Counted from the stretch's first letter, positions 20,244-29,161 are shown. The stretch is DNA of 64,000 bases from Cerasicoccus frondis (GCF_031296915.1 NZ_JAVDPC010000003.1:77246-141245); one strand, 5' to 3'. The notes: generated from the sequence alone by a model not told the origin. Numbers and translations are program-made.

Positions 20244-20759
20244 TTAAGGGTATTCGGCGACCAAGTTTGCGGGTGCTTTGTCGCTGCGATAAAAAGAGTG
20301 TTTGCCGATGGTGCAGGTTGGCAACATGGTTTCGGTCCAATACGGAGTTTCGCCATTATCGGCGTGATAATGGTCGGCTCCGCCAGTGAGATCGGCGAGT
20401 TGACCCTTCTCCATGAGGATCACCATGTCGTAAGCGGCGCTGAAATTGGGGTCCTGCGTTGCGCGTTCGATAATGGGGCCATAATCCGGATTGCGAACGC
20501 CGGTTACGCTGTTGAGCGCCGTGAACTGCTTGGGGCGGCAGACGACGCCCATGACGCGGGTCAGGTCGCCATTGGCGCGGTTTTGAATGACGTTCAACAC
20601 AGCCTGCATGCCTTCGGGACCTTCAGAGGCTGCTTCCAGGACTAAGCACGATGCGACCACTAGGCGCTCATAGTGGGTAAGCTCCACCTCTGCAGCTTGA
20701 GCGCGGGAGGCCAAGAGCAGCAGTAAGCTACAACCAGTGATTCGCATTAAGTTCGTCAT
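20244..20759 (-). CDS. Cell wall hydrolase (SleB/Hydrolase_2 family), secreted
   Basis: Signal peptide, then VIQNRA...RVMGVVCRPKQF...NP, matching the SleB-like hydrolase domain. Confidence 0.7.
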   Translation of the reverse strand: MTNLMRITGCSLLLLLASRAQAAEVELTHYERLVVASCLVLEAASEGPEGMQAVLNVIQNRANGDLTRVMGVVCRPKQFTALNSVTGVRNPDYGPIIERATQDPNFSAAYDMVILMEKGQLADLTGGADHYHADNGETPYWTETMLPTCTIGKHSFYRSDKAPANLVAEYP

Positions 20760-20895
20760 TAACTACACAGTAAAGTTAGTAACAATTCGAGCGCTCAATA
20801 AGGCGATGTGCCTAATAGTTGTAAAGTCGATTCACTATACTGATTTTTAAACAGTACGTAAAATGCTGTTAATGAGTAGTTAAAAGATTTATAAA

Positions 20896-20921
20896 GTTAT
20901 TCACATTGCGATGTGAATAAC
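20896..20921. promoter_or_regulatory. Palindromic putative operator (GTTATTCACAT-N4-ATGTGAATAAC) with extra TGTGAAT half-sites upstream of the hydrolase gene
   Basis: An 11-bp perfect inverted repeat with a 4-bp spacer. Two further direct TGTGAAT copies lie at 20931-20950. Confidence 0.4.
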
Positions 20922-20952
20922 TTAAATGGCTGTGAATTAATTGTGAATGAAC

Positions 20953-20989
20953 AAAAAGGGCCCAGCTTTATATCAGCCGGGCCCTTAGG
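20953..20989 (-). terminator. Rho-independent terminator of dps
   Basis: On the minus strand: AAGGGCCC-loop-GGGCCCTT hairpin followed by TTTTT. Confidence 0.6.
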
Positions 20990-21010
20990 AAGAATTAGAT
21001 TATTTAGACC

Positions 21011-21484
21011 TTATTTAAGGTAGCTCTCAAGCATCCATACAGTCTTTTCATGAACCTGAATGCGCGCAATCATGAGGTCCTCAGTCTGGTCGTCGCCTTC
21101 GTCGCCAGCTAAATTACGAGCAGTGACCAAGTTTTTGATGGTTTGCTTATGCAGGGTGGCCAAATGGGAAACCATTTCCTTGTCGGTCGCATTCTCCTTG
21201 AGCTCTTCGTAGCCGGCCATTGCGGCGAGGTTGCCCAAACCACCGGGAGCATAAGAGCCGAGGGCGCGTATGCGTTCGGCAATTTCATCCACCGCAGCGA
21301 AAAGTTCGGTGTATTGCTCTTCAAACGCGGTGTGCAAGGCGAAGAAGCCTGGGCCTTCGACGTTCCAGTGACAGAGGTGCGTCTGTCCCATCAAGGCGTA
21401 GGTGTCCGCCACGATCTGGCGAAGCGCGTCGGAAACCGGGTTAGTCGATGTGGATTTCTTGGATTTCTTTTTTGCCATGACCAC
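21011..21484 (-). CDS. dps: Dps (DNA-binding ferritin-like protein)
   Basis: Ferritin-like ferroxidase residues in HW...E...D..AERI context. Length ~157 aa. Confidence 0.9.
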   Translation of the reverse strand: MVMAKKKSKKSTSTNPVSDALRQIVADTYALMGQTHLCHWNVEGPGFFALHTAFEEQYTELFAAVDEIAERIRALGSYAPGGLGNLAAMAGYEELKENATDKEMVSHLATLHKQTIKNLVTARNLAGDEGDDQTEDLMIARIQVHEKTVWMLESYLK

Positions 21485-21557
21485 AACTTATGGCGCCTGA
21501 TGAATTTCGCAAGTACGGCGCAGTCAATTCTTAATGAATTATCCCTGCTAATGGGCC

Positions 21558-22364
21558 TTACCAGCCCGCGGCAAGGTTGTACTCCTGACCCACATCGAGG
21601 GCAGGGTCAAAAACGTCGATTCGCAGGTTGTAGTTTCCGTTGCGCAAAGGCTCAAAATGGCGGTGCACGAGGTCCGGGCAATTACAGTCTTTGCTTAAGT
21701 GGGCCAGGCAGATGTGCCGCCAGCGGGGGCTGAGCGCCTCTGTTAGCAATTCGAACGCGGCGTCGTTGGATAAATGGCCATGTCTGCCACGGATGCGCTG
21801 CTTGGTGCTCCAAGGGCGTTTTTCGCAGCGTTCCAGGAGTTCGAGATCGTGGTTGGCCTCCAGGACAAGCAGGTCGCAATCGCGGATGCGCTCTTTTACT
21901 AGCTGCGGCGCGTAGCCCAGATCGGTTAGCCAGGCGAGTTTGCGAAATGGCGAAAACAGGCTCCCGTCGCCACACTCGAAAACGTAGCCCACCGGGTCGT
22001 GCGCGTCGTGAGGAATGGAAAATGGGTGAATCGTCAGATCTGCAAATTGAAAGCTGACGCCGGTTTCAAACAGGCCCCAGTTGACCTTGCGTTCGAGCTT
22101 GGCTTGCGCGGCGCGGGCCGTGTCGCGGTTGGCGAAGAACTTGATTTGCGGCAGGCGGCTCAGCCCACGCAGGCCAGCGGTGTGGTCGCCATGTTCGTGC
22201 GTCAGGAAAACCGCGTCGATGGACTCCAGTGATTCGCCAATTGCGGCCAGCTTGTCGCGGAGGCGCCGCCCGGAAAACCCGGCGTCAATCAGCACCTTGC
22301 ATTGCGGCGTTATCAGGAGCGCCGCGTTCCCCGAACTACTGCTGCCCAGTATGCGGAATCGCAT
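21558..22364 (-). CDS. MBL-fold metallo-hydrolase
   Basis: HEHGDH metal-binding motif and the overall beta-lactamase fold pattern. Confidence 0.8.
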   Translation of the reverse strand: MRFRILGSSSSGNAALLITPQCKVLIDAGFSGRRLRDKLAAIGESLESIDAVFLTHEHGDHTAGLRGLSRLPQIKFFANRDTARAAQAKLERKVNWGLFETGVSFQFADLTIHPFSIPHDAHDPVGYVFECGDGSLFSPFRKLAWLTDLGYAPQLVKERIRDCDLLVLEANHDLELLERCEKRPWSTKQRIRGRHGHLSNDAAFELLTEALSPRWRHICLAHLSKDCNCPDLVHRHFEPLRNGNYNLRIDVFDPALDVGQEYNLAAGW

Positions 22365-22437
22365 AGTAAGAGCATGAAAGCTGCCCGCTCGCGTTCAAGT
22401 CCGAATCTCCTCCGATGGGTTGATTCGTGTCCATCGG

Positions 22438-24129
22438 CTAGCTGGGGAGCTCTTGATCGGGCGGATTTTTCTTTCCGTTCTCAGCCGTTCGCTGCGATCG
22501 GAAAACGCCGGTTGCGTCGGAAAAGCCCTTTTGCACAGCGCCCGCCATGCGGCGTGTCGGCTGGAGGGCCACGGTATCCAGCATTTCCAACGGAAAATAA
22601 GCAAAGCGCCGCATGCCGACCATGTTGGATAATCCAAATATGCTGCTGCGGGCCGAGGCGTAGGCCTGGTTGAGGATTTCCTTTTCCTCGATCGTGCCTT
22701 CTTCCTCGATTTTAGAGAGAAAATGCAGCGCAAGCAGCCCCACGCAGGCCGCCAGGATGAAGACGAAATCCAGGCCGCCCAGAATCATCGCCGGGATGTC
22801 CACTACGCCCTCCGGGGCTCGGTAACTTGCGGTGATGCGGAACTCGCGTTCGTTGAAAAAGTCCGCCATCCAGCCGCCCAGGATCGGCGAACAGGTGGCT
22901 GCGAGGCCGGCGAGGGTGGCGTTGGTCGCGAGATAGGCCGTCGCTTGGCCCTTGGGCGCAAATTCCAGGGCAATGTTGGCTGTGCAGAGCATGAAGCCCG
23001 CCGTTGCAATGCCGCCCAGCACGTGGATCACGATCAGGATCGGGATGCTCCCCGCCCAGTGCTCCGGCATCGTCGTAAAGGGATACATGATGATCGTGGA
23101 GATAAAGATCGGGCAAGCAACCTGGAGGATCGCTTTGTTGCTGGTGCGGTCGGCCAGCATGCCCCAAAGCTTGAAAAACCACGCGTTGATGAGCTGGTTG
23201 AGGACAGCCAGGGCAACGACCACGCCAATGCTGATCTCGACTCGCTCCAGCATATAAACTGCGGCGAATGCGCCAGCCATGATGATCGCAAAATTCCAAG
23301 TGGCCGAAAAATACAGCAGCTTGCGAAAGCGCTTATCTTTCAAGGGTTCGACCATGATTTTCAGGAACGAGAGCCCTTTGCGTCTCTCCACCACGGGCTC
23401 AGGCACCCCTTTCAGTGACAGGGCGCCGATGATGCCAAAGATGCCGCCGATCACGAATACCGAGGCGTAGGCCATCGCATCATTATTGGTGGCTTTTTGC
23501 AGTTGGGCGACCACGACGCCGGCCACCACCATCAGCACGGCGCCAACCAGTGTTGCGATGGCCAGCCGCTTGCCAAAGAAGCTGCCGAATTGATCTTGCG
23601 GGATCAGGTCGCGCATCCAGGAGTTCATGGAGCAGCCCGCGATGGCGCTCAGGATGAAGAACATCGCCAGACAAAACAGAAAGGCCGGGACCGCGAGCTC
23701 GGGCGGCGCCAAAAACGGAATCGCGGCAATGCTTAAGAGGAAAATACGCCCGAGCGTCGCCGCGCCGATCACCAGCTTTTTACGTGAAGGAGTCCAGTTG
23801 ACGAGGAGGATTGCCGGAATTTGGACTACCTGGCTTAATGGCATGATTGCGGCCAAAATACCGATCACCAAATTGCTGGCGCCCAGCGCTAAGCCCATGC
23901 CAACGAGGAATGCCCCGCCGGTTATCACCGTCATGACGCGTGAGCAGATCGCGTCAACGATGAGCTTTTTCATCCCGCGCTCGAGTTCGTCGTCAACCGT
24001 CGACTCATCATCCGCCTCTATAGGCGTTGGCGCATCGGATGCCGCGTGCTGATGAGTGGGTTCCTGGGGGGATTCCGAAACTTCTTCGGGTGCTGATTTT
24101 TTGGTTTCGTCCGCGTTATGTTCGCTCAT
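22438..24129 (-). CDS. MFS-type transporter with an acidic N-terminal extension
   Basis: About 12 hydrophobic helices, typical of MFS. The N-terminal ~60 aa are acidic. Confidence 0.75.
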   Translation of the reverse strand: MSEHNADETKKSAPEEVSESPQEPTHQHAASDAPTPIEADDESTVDDELERGMKKLIVDAICSRVMTVITGGAFLVGMGLALGASNLVIGILAAIMPLSQVVQIPAILLVNWTPSRKKLVIGAATLGRIFLLSIAAIPFLAPPELAVPAFLFCLAMFFILSAIAGCSMNSWMRDLIPQDQFGSFFGKRLAIATLVGAVLMVVAGVVVAQLQKATNNDAMAYASVFVIGGIFGIIGALSLKGVPEPVVERRKGLSFLKIMVEPLKDKRFRKLLYFSATWNFAIIMAGAFAAVYMLERVEISIGVVVALAVLNQLINAWFFKLWGMLADRTSNKAILQVACPIFISTIIMYPFTTMPEHWAGSIPILIVIHVLGGIATAGFMLCTANIALEFAPKGQATAYLATNATLAGLAATCSPILGGWMADFFNEREFRITASYRAPEGVVDIPAMILGGLDFVFILAACVGLLALHFLSKIEEEGTIEEKEILNQAYASARSSIFGLSNMVGMRRFAYFPLEMLDTVALQPTRRMAGAVQKGFSDATGVFRSQRTAENGKKNPPDQELPS

Positions 24130-24207
24130 GCAGTTAGTGGTAAGTGCAGATAGTTTGCCAGTTTGGCGAATGCGCCAGATTTCTGAACCCGAACCAGAGT
24201 GCGTGGT

Positions 24208-24573
24208 TTAAGATTCCCGCTCGCGGCTAATGGCGACAGCGACTTCCCGGAAGTTGCCCGCAATGGGGGCGTTGGGCTTTTTCACTTCGACATCCACGCT
24301 TTGTATGATGGGGAAAATATCCAGAATTTGAGCCGCAATGTGCTCAGCGACGCGCTCGATTAAGTTGTGACTTTCCACCTCCACCACGGTGCGCACGATT
24401 TCAAAAACCTGGGCGTAGTTGACCGTGTGTTCGAGATCATCGCTCAGGCCCGCCGGGCGTAAATCGAGGTGCAGAGTCAGGTCGACATAGAATGGTTGAC
24501 CATCGCGCCTCTCAAAGTCCAGGCAGCCGTGGTAGCCATAAAACGCTAGGTCCCGCAGGTGGATTTTATCCAT
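24208..24573 (-). CDS. folB: Dihydroneopterin aldolase
   Basis: MDKIHLRDLAFYGYHG...EVKKP. ATG at 24573. The longer track ORF contains an unlikely N-terminal extension. Confidence 0.85.
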   Translation of the reverse strand: MDKIHLRDLAFYGYHGCLDFERRDGQPFYVDLTLHLDLRPAGLSDDLEHTVNYAQVFEIVRTVVEVESHNLIERVAEHIAAQILDIFPIIQSVDVEVKKPNAPIAGNFREVAVAISRERES

Positions 24574-25402
24574 GGCGATAAATGGCGTCCGCCATGCGAA
24601 TGGCGCGCAGGTTCGCCTGGACGTCATGGACGCGAATGATGTCAACGCCTTGCTGAACGCCGACGACGCTCGTTGCGATGGTGCCTTCGAGACGTTGGTC
24701 GACTTCGAGGTCCAGCGTTTTGCCAATGACAGATTTACGCGATGCGCCTAGCAGAATCGGAAAGCCAAGGCTGCGCAATTCGCCCAGACGCCGCATGAGC
24801 GTGAGGTTTTGCTCAACGCTTTTGCCAAAGCCGATGCCTGGGTCGAGCACGATATTTGCAGGGGCTACGCCAGCATCCGTTGCGATTTGCACGGATTTTT
24901 CCAGGAAGCGTTTCACTTCGTCTACAATGTCGCCGTCGTAATCGGCGCCCCGAGCATTGTGCATGAGAACCGCGCCGGCGCCGAACTCCGCCACCGTCGC
25001 AGCCATGTCTGGATCGTGTTGGAAGCCCCAAATGTCATTGATGATGTGCGCGCCAGCTTCGAGCGCCTTGCGCGCAACGGAGGCCTTGTAGGTGTCCACC
25101 GAGATGGGCGTTTCGAGCACTTCAAGTAAGGCTTCGAGAATGGGCAGCAGGCGCGCGATTTCCTCGTCGTCCGGGATTACTTCGGCGCCTGGTCGCGTTG
25201 ACTCTGCGCCGACATCGATCAAGTCTGCGCCTTCACGGATCATGGCCTGCGCTTGGCCCAAGGCGTTGATGGGCGATGCGAACTGCCCGCCATCGGAGAA
25301 AGAGTCGGGGGTTACATTGAGGATCCCCATGACGAAGGTGCGCGCGCCCCAAACCGGCGGCGTCCAGCGCTGTCTTATTAAATCAGGCATGTCCATGCTC
25401 AT
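24566..25402 (-). CDS. folP: Dihydropteroate synthase
   Basis: GILNVTPDSFSDGG pterin-binding signature. Start probably MSMDMPD at 25402. Overlaps folB by 8 nt. Confidence 0.85.
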   Translation of the reverse strand: MSMDMPDLIRQRWTPPVWGARTFVMGILNVTPDSFSDGGQFASPINALGQAQAMIREGADLIDVGAESTRPGAEVIPDDEEIARLLPILEALLEVLETPISVDTYKASVARKALEAGAHIINDIWGFQHDPDMAATVAEFGAGAVLMHNARGADYDGDIVDEVKRFLEKSVQIATDAGVAPANIVLDPGIGFGKSVEQNLTLMRRLGELRSLGFPILLGASRKSVIGKTLDLEVDQRLEGTIATSVVGVQQGVDIIRVHDVQANLRAIRMADAIYRHG

Positions 25403-26153
25403 TGTCGTGCCAGTGGTTGAGCGTCCAAGCGGAAATCGCGTGTACCGTGCCCGCCATGACCACACCCAGCATGGCCGCCAAGATGCACAGCGCCGCGACG
25501 CCAGCGTAATTCTGGGCGGCGTAGTATTCGCCTAAAAGCCTGCCTAAGCCGGGTTTGCTGGCGAGCAGACCAGATAGGTAGTCCGTTACCAGGGCAGCCA
25601 TTGGCGCGTAGATTGCGGCGCGCTTAATGGCTGTCATCAGTTGGGGAAGGGCATGCGGGAGGCGCAGCAGGGCGATTTCCTGCCAATAGCTGGCCCGGTA
25701 GGTCTTAAATAGGTCGAGAAGGGATTTATCCGTGGCCATGAGCGCGGGTGTCGCCACTGAAATGACCGGAAAAAAGCAGGCCGCAGTCGTCACCACCAGT
25801 AAGGTCATGAAGCTGGACAGTGGGCTGACTATGATCAGAGGCGCCAGGGCAATGATGGGCGCCATACGACCGATCATCATCCACGGAGCTAAGGCCAGGC
25901 GGAGGCCTTGATAGGTGACGAGTGCGATGGAGCAAAGAACGCCCAGCGCTGCGGCGAAGATGAAGCCGAGAAACATGGCGGCGGCGTCCACGCTTAACGC
26001 GGAGAATAAGGCCCCGCGATCCGCCCAAAAGGCATGGGCAGTGCTCAAGGGACTCGGCATGTGGGTGATCTCATTGGTCATCAAGGATAGGCACGCCCAG
26101 ATGATGATCGCGATCCCCGCAACTACGAATGGCAAAATAAACTTCACGCTCAT
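25383..26153 (-). CDS. ABC transporter permease (NitT/TauT family)
   Basis: Six TM helices and an EAA-like loop. Start codon overlaps the ATPase stop (ATGA). Confidence 0.8.
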   Translation of the reverse strand: MSVKFILPFVVAGIAIIIWACLSLMTNEITHMPSPLSTAHAFWADRGALFSALSVDAAAMFLGFIFAAALGVLCSIALVTYQGLRLALAPWMMIGRMAPIIALAPLIIVSPLSSFMTLLVVTTAACFFPVISVATPALMATDKSLLDLFKTYRASYWQEIALLRLPHALPQLMTAIKRAAIYAPMAALVTDYLSGLLASKPGLGRLLGEYYAAQNYAGVAALCILAAMLGVVMAGTVHAISAWTLNHWHDNEHGHA

Positions 26154-26920
26154 GCTTTTTTGGCGGCCTCCTGAACCTTGCTAAGGGCGTTACGGACTTG
26201 ATTGGACGCTTCCTGAAAGAGATCACTTTCACGCCAGGAGAGTTTTCGGGGGTAAGGTTCAGGCACGTCTATGATTTCAGCAATGCGACCAGGGTTCGAC
26301 GCCAAGACGATGACTTTATTGGCTAGAAAAACCGCTTCTGCTACCGAGTGAGTGACCAGGCAGCCCGTGAAGTGACGTTTCTGGCGCACTTTGAGCAGAT
26401 CGACGCAAAGCTTATTGCGTGTGATGGCGTCTAGTGCGGCAAAAGGCTCATCAAGCAGCAAACAATGGGGCTTGGTGATCAGCCCGCGAGCCAAGGCCGT
26501 GCGGACTTTCATGCCGGGAGTCAGTTGAAGCGGGAAGCGATTGCTGATATGGTTGATGTCCCACAGCTTGAGCACATCCTTCGTCTGCTCCGCAACTGCC
26601 TCCTTGTTTTCGCCGTGGAGGCGGAGGGGGAGGCCAACGTTACTTTCCGCCGTTCTCCAGGGCAGCAGCGCGTATTCCTGGAAGATAAATGACGTGCGCT
26701 GGTGGATATTTTCGTCGTTGGCGTGAGTAATTTGACCAGAAGATAGTGGGGTGAGGTCAGCAATTAAGCGCAAAATGGTGGATTTGCCGCAGCCACGAGG
26801 GCCAATGAAGGCAACAAAATCCTCGTTTTGGATATCTAAAGAGAAATTTTCCAAGACGGCGTTGCCGTTGGCATAACGTTTGCTAACGTTTTCAATTCGC
26901 AGTTGTGGCTCAGTCGTCAT
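26150..26920 (-). CDS. ABC transporter ATP-binding protein (NitT/TauT family)
   Basis: Walker A GPRGCGKST, signature motif and Walker B LLLDEPFAALD. Likely start MTTEPQL at 26920. Confidence 0.85.
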   Translation of the reverse strand: MTTEPQLRIENVSKRYANGNAVLENFSLDIQNEDFVAFIGPRGCGKSTILRLIADLTPLSSGQITHANDENIHQRTSFIFQEYALLPWRTAESNVGLPLRLHGENKEAVAEQTKDVLKLWDINHISNRFPLQLTPGMKVRTALARGLITKPHCLLLDEPFAALDAITRNKLCVDLLKVRQKRHFTGCLVTHSVAEAVFLANKVIVLASNPGRIAEIIDVPEPYPRKLSWRESDLFQEASNQVRNALSKVQEAAKKA

Positions 26921-27469
26921 TAGCGAACAGGATGCATAAGTTTCTGTGTAGCAGTCGGCAAGGCGTAACGGCGCGAACCTTAGCATTAGTTGTTCCCAAT
27001 GCAACGCTTAGGTGAAGATTCCCGAAATCACTTGATTTCGACCCGGGATTAACTTTCCTGCAACCACTTTTATGAAAAACACAACCATACAGTCCACCAC
27101 CACCGTCGTCAGAAACGCTGGCGCTGCGAAGCGCTTCTTTAGCGTGGCATGGCAGGTGACCCGACGTATGGGCGTCCTGTGTTGGGCGATCGCGGTTGCC
27201 GTAATCAATTTGGGAGACGCTTAGGCCATTCTGGCATTTGCGTTATTCGGCGGTTGACTCAAGAAGCCTGTTGGTTTCTAACAATATTTTTCACGAACAA
27301 TGATCACGCGACTCACAGTCATATTATGCCGACAGGGCAGTCATGAGGATTTCTCAAAGAATCCACAATGGATTGGCTATGGCTCCATGGGCCGAGGGCC
27401 GCGTGTGTCCACTGAACGACTAACGCATTTTTGCGATCGATAGAAGTTTACTACGAACACATTCGTTTG

Positions 27470-27503
27470 GCCCGGTTAGCTCAATCTGCTTCCGGGCTTT
27501 TTT
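27470..27503 (+). terminator. Orphan intrinsic terminator on the + strand (GCCCGG...CCGGGC + T6)
   Basis: Hairpin plus T-run with no annotated + strand gene upstream. Possible sRNA 3' end. Confidence 0.4.
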
Positions 27504-27612
27504 GTGCGCTGCTGATGGCGCTGACCTACCGCAACCGGTTAGTTAGCCGCCCGGGCGGAGCTTGAAATATTGATACATAAAAATAAAAAATAAAAAAATA
27601 TAATATTTAAAT

Positions 27613-27831
27613 TTGACAGAGCAATTAACTTCGGAAATTATTCCGAGCATCAACCAACTAAACGACATGCACCTGATTAACCACATACCAAACTGCTCCG
27701 AGCGACTCGGTGACTTAGGCATTAATACCGCCTATGGGTCACAGACGAGTTGGGCAGATTTTCGCCAAATGGCGAGAGGGTGCGCTTCACCCAAACCGCG
27801 AAAGAGCGGTTGTCGGTTTACTAAGGATTAA
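27613..27831 (+). CDS. Small hypothetical protein (72 aa) with a strong AT-rich promoter-like region upstream and an intrinsic terminator downstream
   Basis: Extremely AT-rich stretch at 27566-27612 (AAAAATAAAAAATAAAAAAATATAATATTTAAATTTGACA). ORF followed by the hairpin at 27861-27905. Confidence 0.35.
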   Translation: MTEQLTSEIIPSINQLNDMHLINHIPNCSERLGDLGINTAYGSQTSWADFRQMARGCASPKPRKSGCRFTKD

Positions 27832-27860
27832 CCGAAATGAGTTATCAAATAACCAGTGAA

Positions 27861-27905
27861 GCCCGAGTCGCCCTCCAATCAAGCACTCGGGCCTTTTTGT
27901 TTTTA
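27861..27905 (+). terminator. Intrinsic terminator (GCCCGAGT...ACTCGGGC + T-run)
   Basis: 8-bp stem followed by CTTTTTGTTTTT. Confidence 0.55.
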
Positions 27906-28100
27906 CAGCATTTAAAGCAACAGTTGAACGGCGCCCTGGCCGCCTTATGTCAGGTAGAACGTCTCGTAAATGGCGTCCAAACCGCGATACCGGCCACTCC
28001 CGGAAATCGCGAGAGGGGCGAAACAGCAGTGCTTTATCTATAAATCAAAGCTGGGCATCGCCCCAGCAATCGGACGCGAAACCGCGTCTTTTAAATTCAA

Positions 28101-28135
28101 CCGTCGGCGCGCTATGCCCGGCGGTTCACTTTTTT
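28101..28135 (+). terminator. Hairpin plus T-run immediately upstream of tRNA-Trp
   Basis: CCGTCGG...CCGGCGG stem followed by TTCACTTTTTT. Confidence 0.4.
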
Positions 28136-28140
28136 GCAAT

Positions 28141-28214
28141 AGGAAGGTGGTGTAACGACAACATGCGAGTCTCCAAAACTTGAGCCGAGGGTTTGACTCC
28201 TTCTCTTCCTGCCA
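28141..28214 (+). tRNA. tRNA-Trp (CCA)
   Basis: 74 nt. Acceptor AGGAAGG/TCTTCCT (one G-U). Anticodon arm CGAGT-CTCCAAA-ACTTG. T arm GAGGG-TTTGACT-CCTTC, with a T at the position of the usual T-loop C56. Encoded CCA. Confidence 0.6.
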
Positions 28215-28267
28215 CCAAAGCGCAGCTTTGGAAACTGGATGCTGTCGCATCCAACTTTCTCTTTTGT

Positions 28268-28343
28268 TCGGCGGTAGTTCAATTGGTAGAACCCCTCCCT
28301 GTTAAGGAGGCAGTTACAGGTTCGAAGCCTGTCCACCGAGCCA
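28268..28343 (+). tRNA. tRNA-Asn (GTT)
   Basis: Canonical cloverleaf. D arm GTTCAATTGGTAGAAC, anticodon loop CTGTTAA, T loop TTCGAAG, encoded CCA. Closely resembles bacterial tRNA-Asn. Confidence 0.8.
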
Positions 28344-28389
28344 CCAAGGCTTCGCCTTGGAACCGAGAAACTGCGTGTCTCATTTTTTC
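28344..28389 (+). repeat. tRNA-associated tandem-hairpin repeat, copy a
   Basis: CCAAGG-CTTCG-CCTTGG, then AACCGAG, then GAGAAAC-TGC-GTGTCTC, then ATTTTTT. Confidence 0.6.
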
Positions 28390-28443
28390 GCGCTTCGGCA
28401 TGCCTTCGGTCAGCCCTGTCCACCAATTTCATAAACGCCTGAG

Positions 28444-28505
28444 TGCATGATAAACGCGCCGCGTTTCTATAATTAACGAATGGCTGCTACTGAGATACAA
28501 TGATC
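28444..28505 (+). promoter_or_regulatory. Repeated promoter-like element, copy 1
   Basis: CATGATAAACG...TCTATAATTAACG...TACTGAGA, with a TATAAT -10-like hexamer. A near copy lies at 29973-30040. Confidence 0.4.
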
Positions 28506-28615
28506 TCCGAAGCCATCACTATTACCTTAAAGGGAAGATGCCGCCGTCTGTGTTGGAACACCAGGAAATGGCCCTCTGCTAGGATGCGGAGAAAACCAGA
28601 CGGCGGCGCAATTTT

Positions 28616-28653
28616 CCAAGGCAAGCCTTGGAACCGAGATGCTGCGCATCTCA
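28616..28653 (+). repeat. tRNA-associated tandem-hairpin repeat, copy b
   Basis: CCAAGG-CAAG-CCTTGG, AACCGAG, GAGATGC-TGC-GCATCTC, A. Sits immediately 5' of tRNA-Ser. Confidence 0.6.
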
Positions 28654-28661
28654 CATTCTAC

Positions 28662-28750
28662 AGAGGATGCTGCGTAGTGGGTTGCGACGCCGCTTGCTAA
28701 GCCGCCGATTCCCCGTGGGGAATGTGGTTCGATTCCACCGTCCTCTGCCA
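28662..28750 (+). tRNA. tRNA-Ser (GCT), class II
   Basis: 89 nt. Long variable arm TTCCC-CGTG-GGGAA. Anticodon loop TTGCTAA, with a C-C mismatch in the anticodon stem. Acceptor AGAGGAT/GTCCTCT. Encoded CCA. Confidence 0.6.
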
Positions 28751-28762
28751 ACTTTCTATTCT

Positions 28763-28838
28763 GGCCAAGTAGCCCAACGGCAGAGGCATCGGTCTTAAGA
28801 ACCGTAATGTGTGGGTTCGAATCCCTCCTTGGTTACCA
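28763..28838 (+). tRNA. tRNA with a Leu anticodon (TAA) but class I (short variable arm) architecture
   Basis: 76 nt. Anticodon arm TCGGT-CTTAAGA-ACCGT. T arm GTGGG-TTCGAAT-CCCTC. Discriminator A73. Encoded CCA. Confidence 0.5.
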
Positions 28839-28864
28839 ACTTTACGTTGCAACGAGATTGGATT

Positions 28865-28940
28865 GGGCGGGCATGTGCCATGGAGGCGACAGTGCTTTGC
28901 AAGCATCGTGCGGCGGGTTCGATTCCCGTACCGTCCACCA
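28865..28940 (+). tRNA. tRNA-Ala (TGC)
   Basis: Anticodon loop TTTGCAA. A G3-U70 wobble pair, the Ala identity element, is present. The D arm is poorly formed by eye. Encoded CCA. Confidence 0.6.
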
Positions 28941-28956
28941 ATTTTATTTACTGCAT

Positions 28957-29030
28957 GGTGATGTAGCTCAATGGCAGAGCAACCGGCCGATAACCGGTCG
29001 ACCCTGGTTCGATTCCCGGCATCACTACCA
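28957..29030 (+). tRNA. tRNA-Ile (GAT) with C33
   Basis: Canonical D arm GCTCAATGGCAGAGC. Perfect anticodon stem ACCGG/CCGGT with loop CCGATAA, so C where U33 is expected. Encoded CCA. Confidence 0.65.
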
Positions 29031-29084
29031 GCAGGGCTGGTCATAAATTCCGCGTACCGCAATCCGCGTACCGCAATTTCTTTT

Positions 29085-29157
29085 GCCTCCTTAGTTCAAT
29101 GGTAGAACAGCCGGTTTTGCCCGGTTGACCGTGGTTCGATTCCATGCGGGGGCGCCA
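29085..29157 (+). tRNA. tRNA-like gene with a 6-nt anticodon loop (TTTTGC); identity undetermined (Lys/Gln-like)
   Basis: Good acceptor, D arm (GTTCAATGGTAGAAC) and T arm. The anticodon stem CCGG/CCGG leaves only a 6-nt loop. Encoded CCA. Possibly a pseudogene. Confidence 0.4.
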
Positions 29158-29161
29158 ATTT

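Noticed and set aside
27005-27350. Possible riboswitch (TPP or THF) in the long leader of the ABC/folP/folB operon
   Set aside because: I could not find the TPP CTGAGA/ACCC core or other recognisable riboswitch consensus by eye on the transcribed strand. Left open for Infernal.
28415-28428. CTGTCCACCA fragment resembling a tRNA 3' end
   Set aside because: It is too short and has no upstream T arm. It may be a tRNA remnant but is unsupported.
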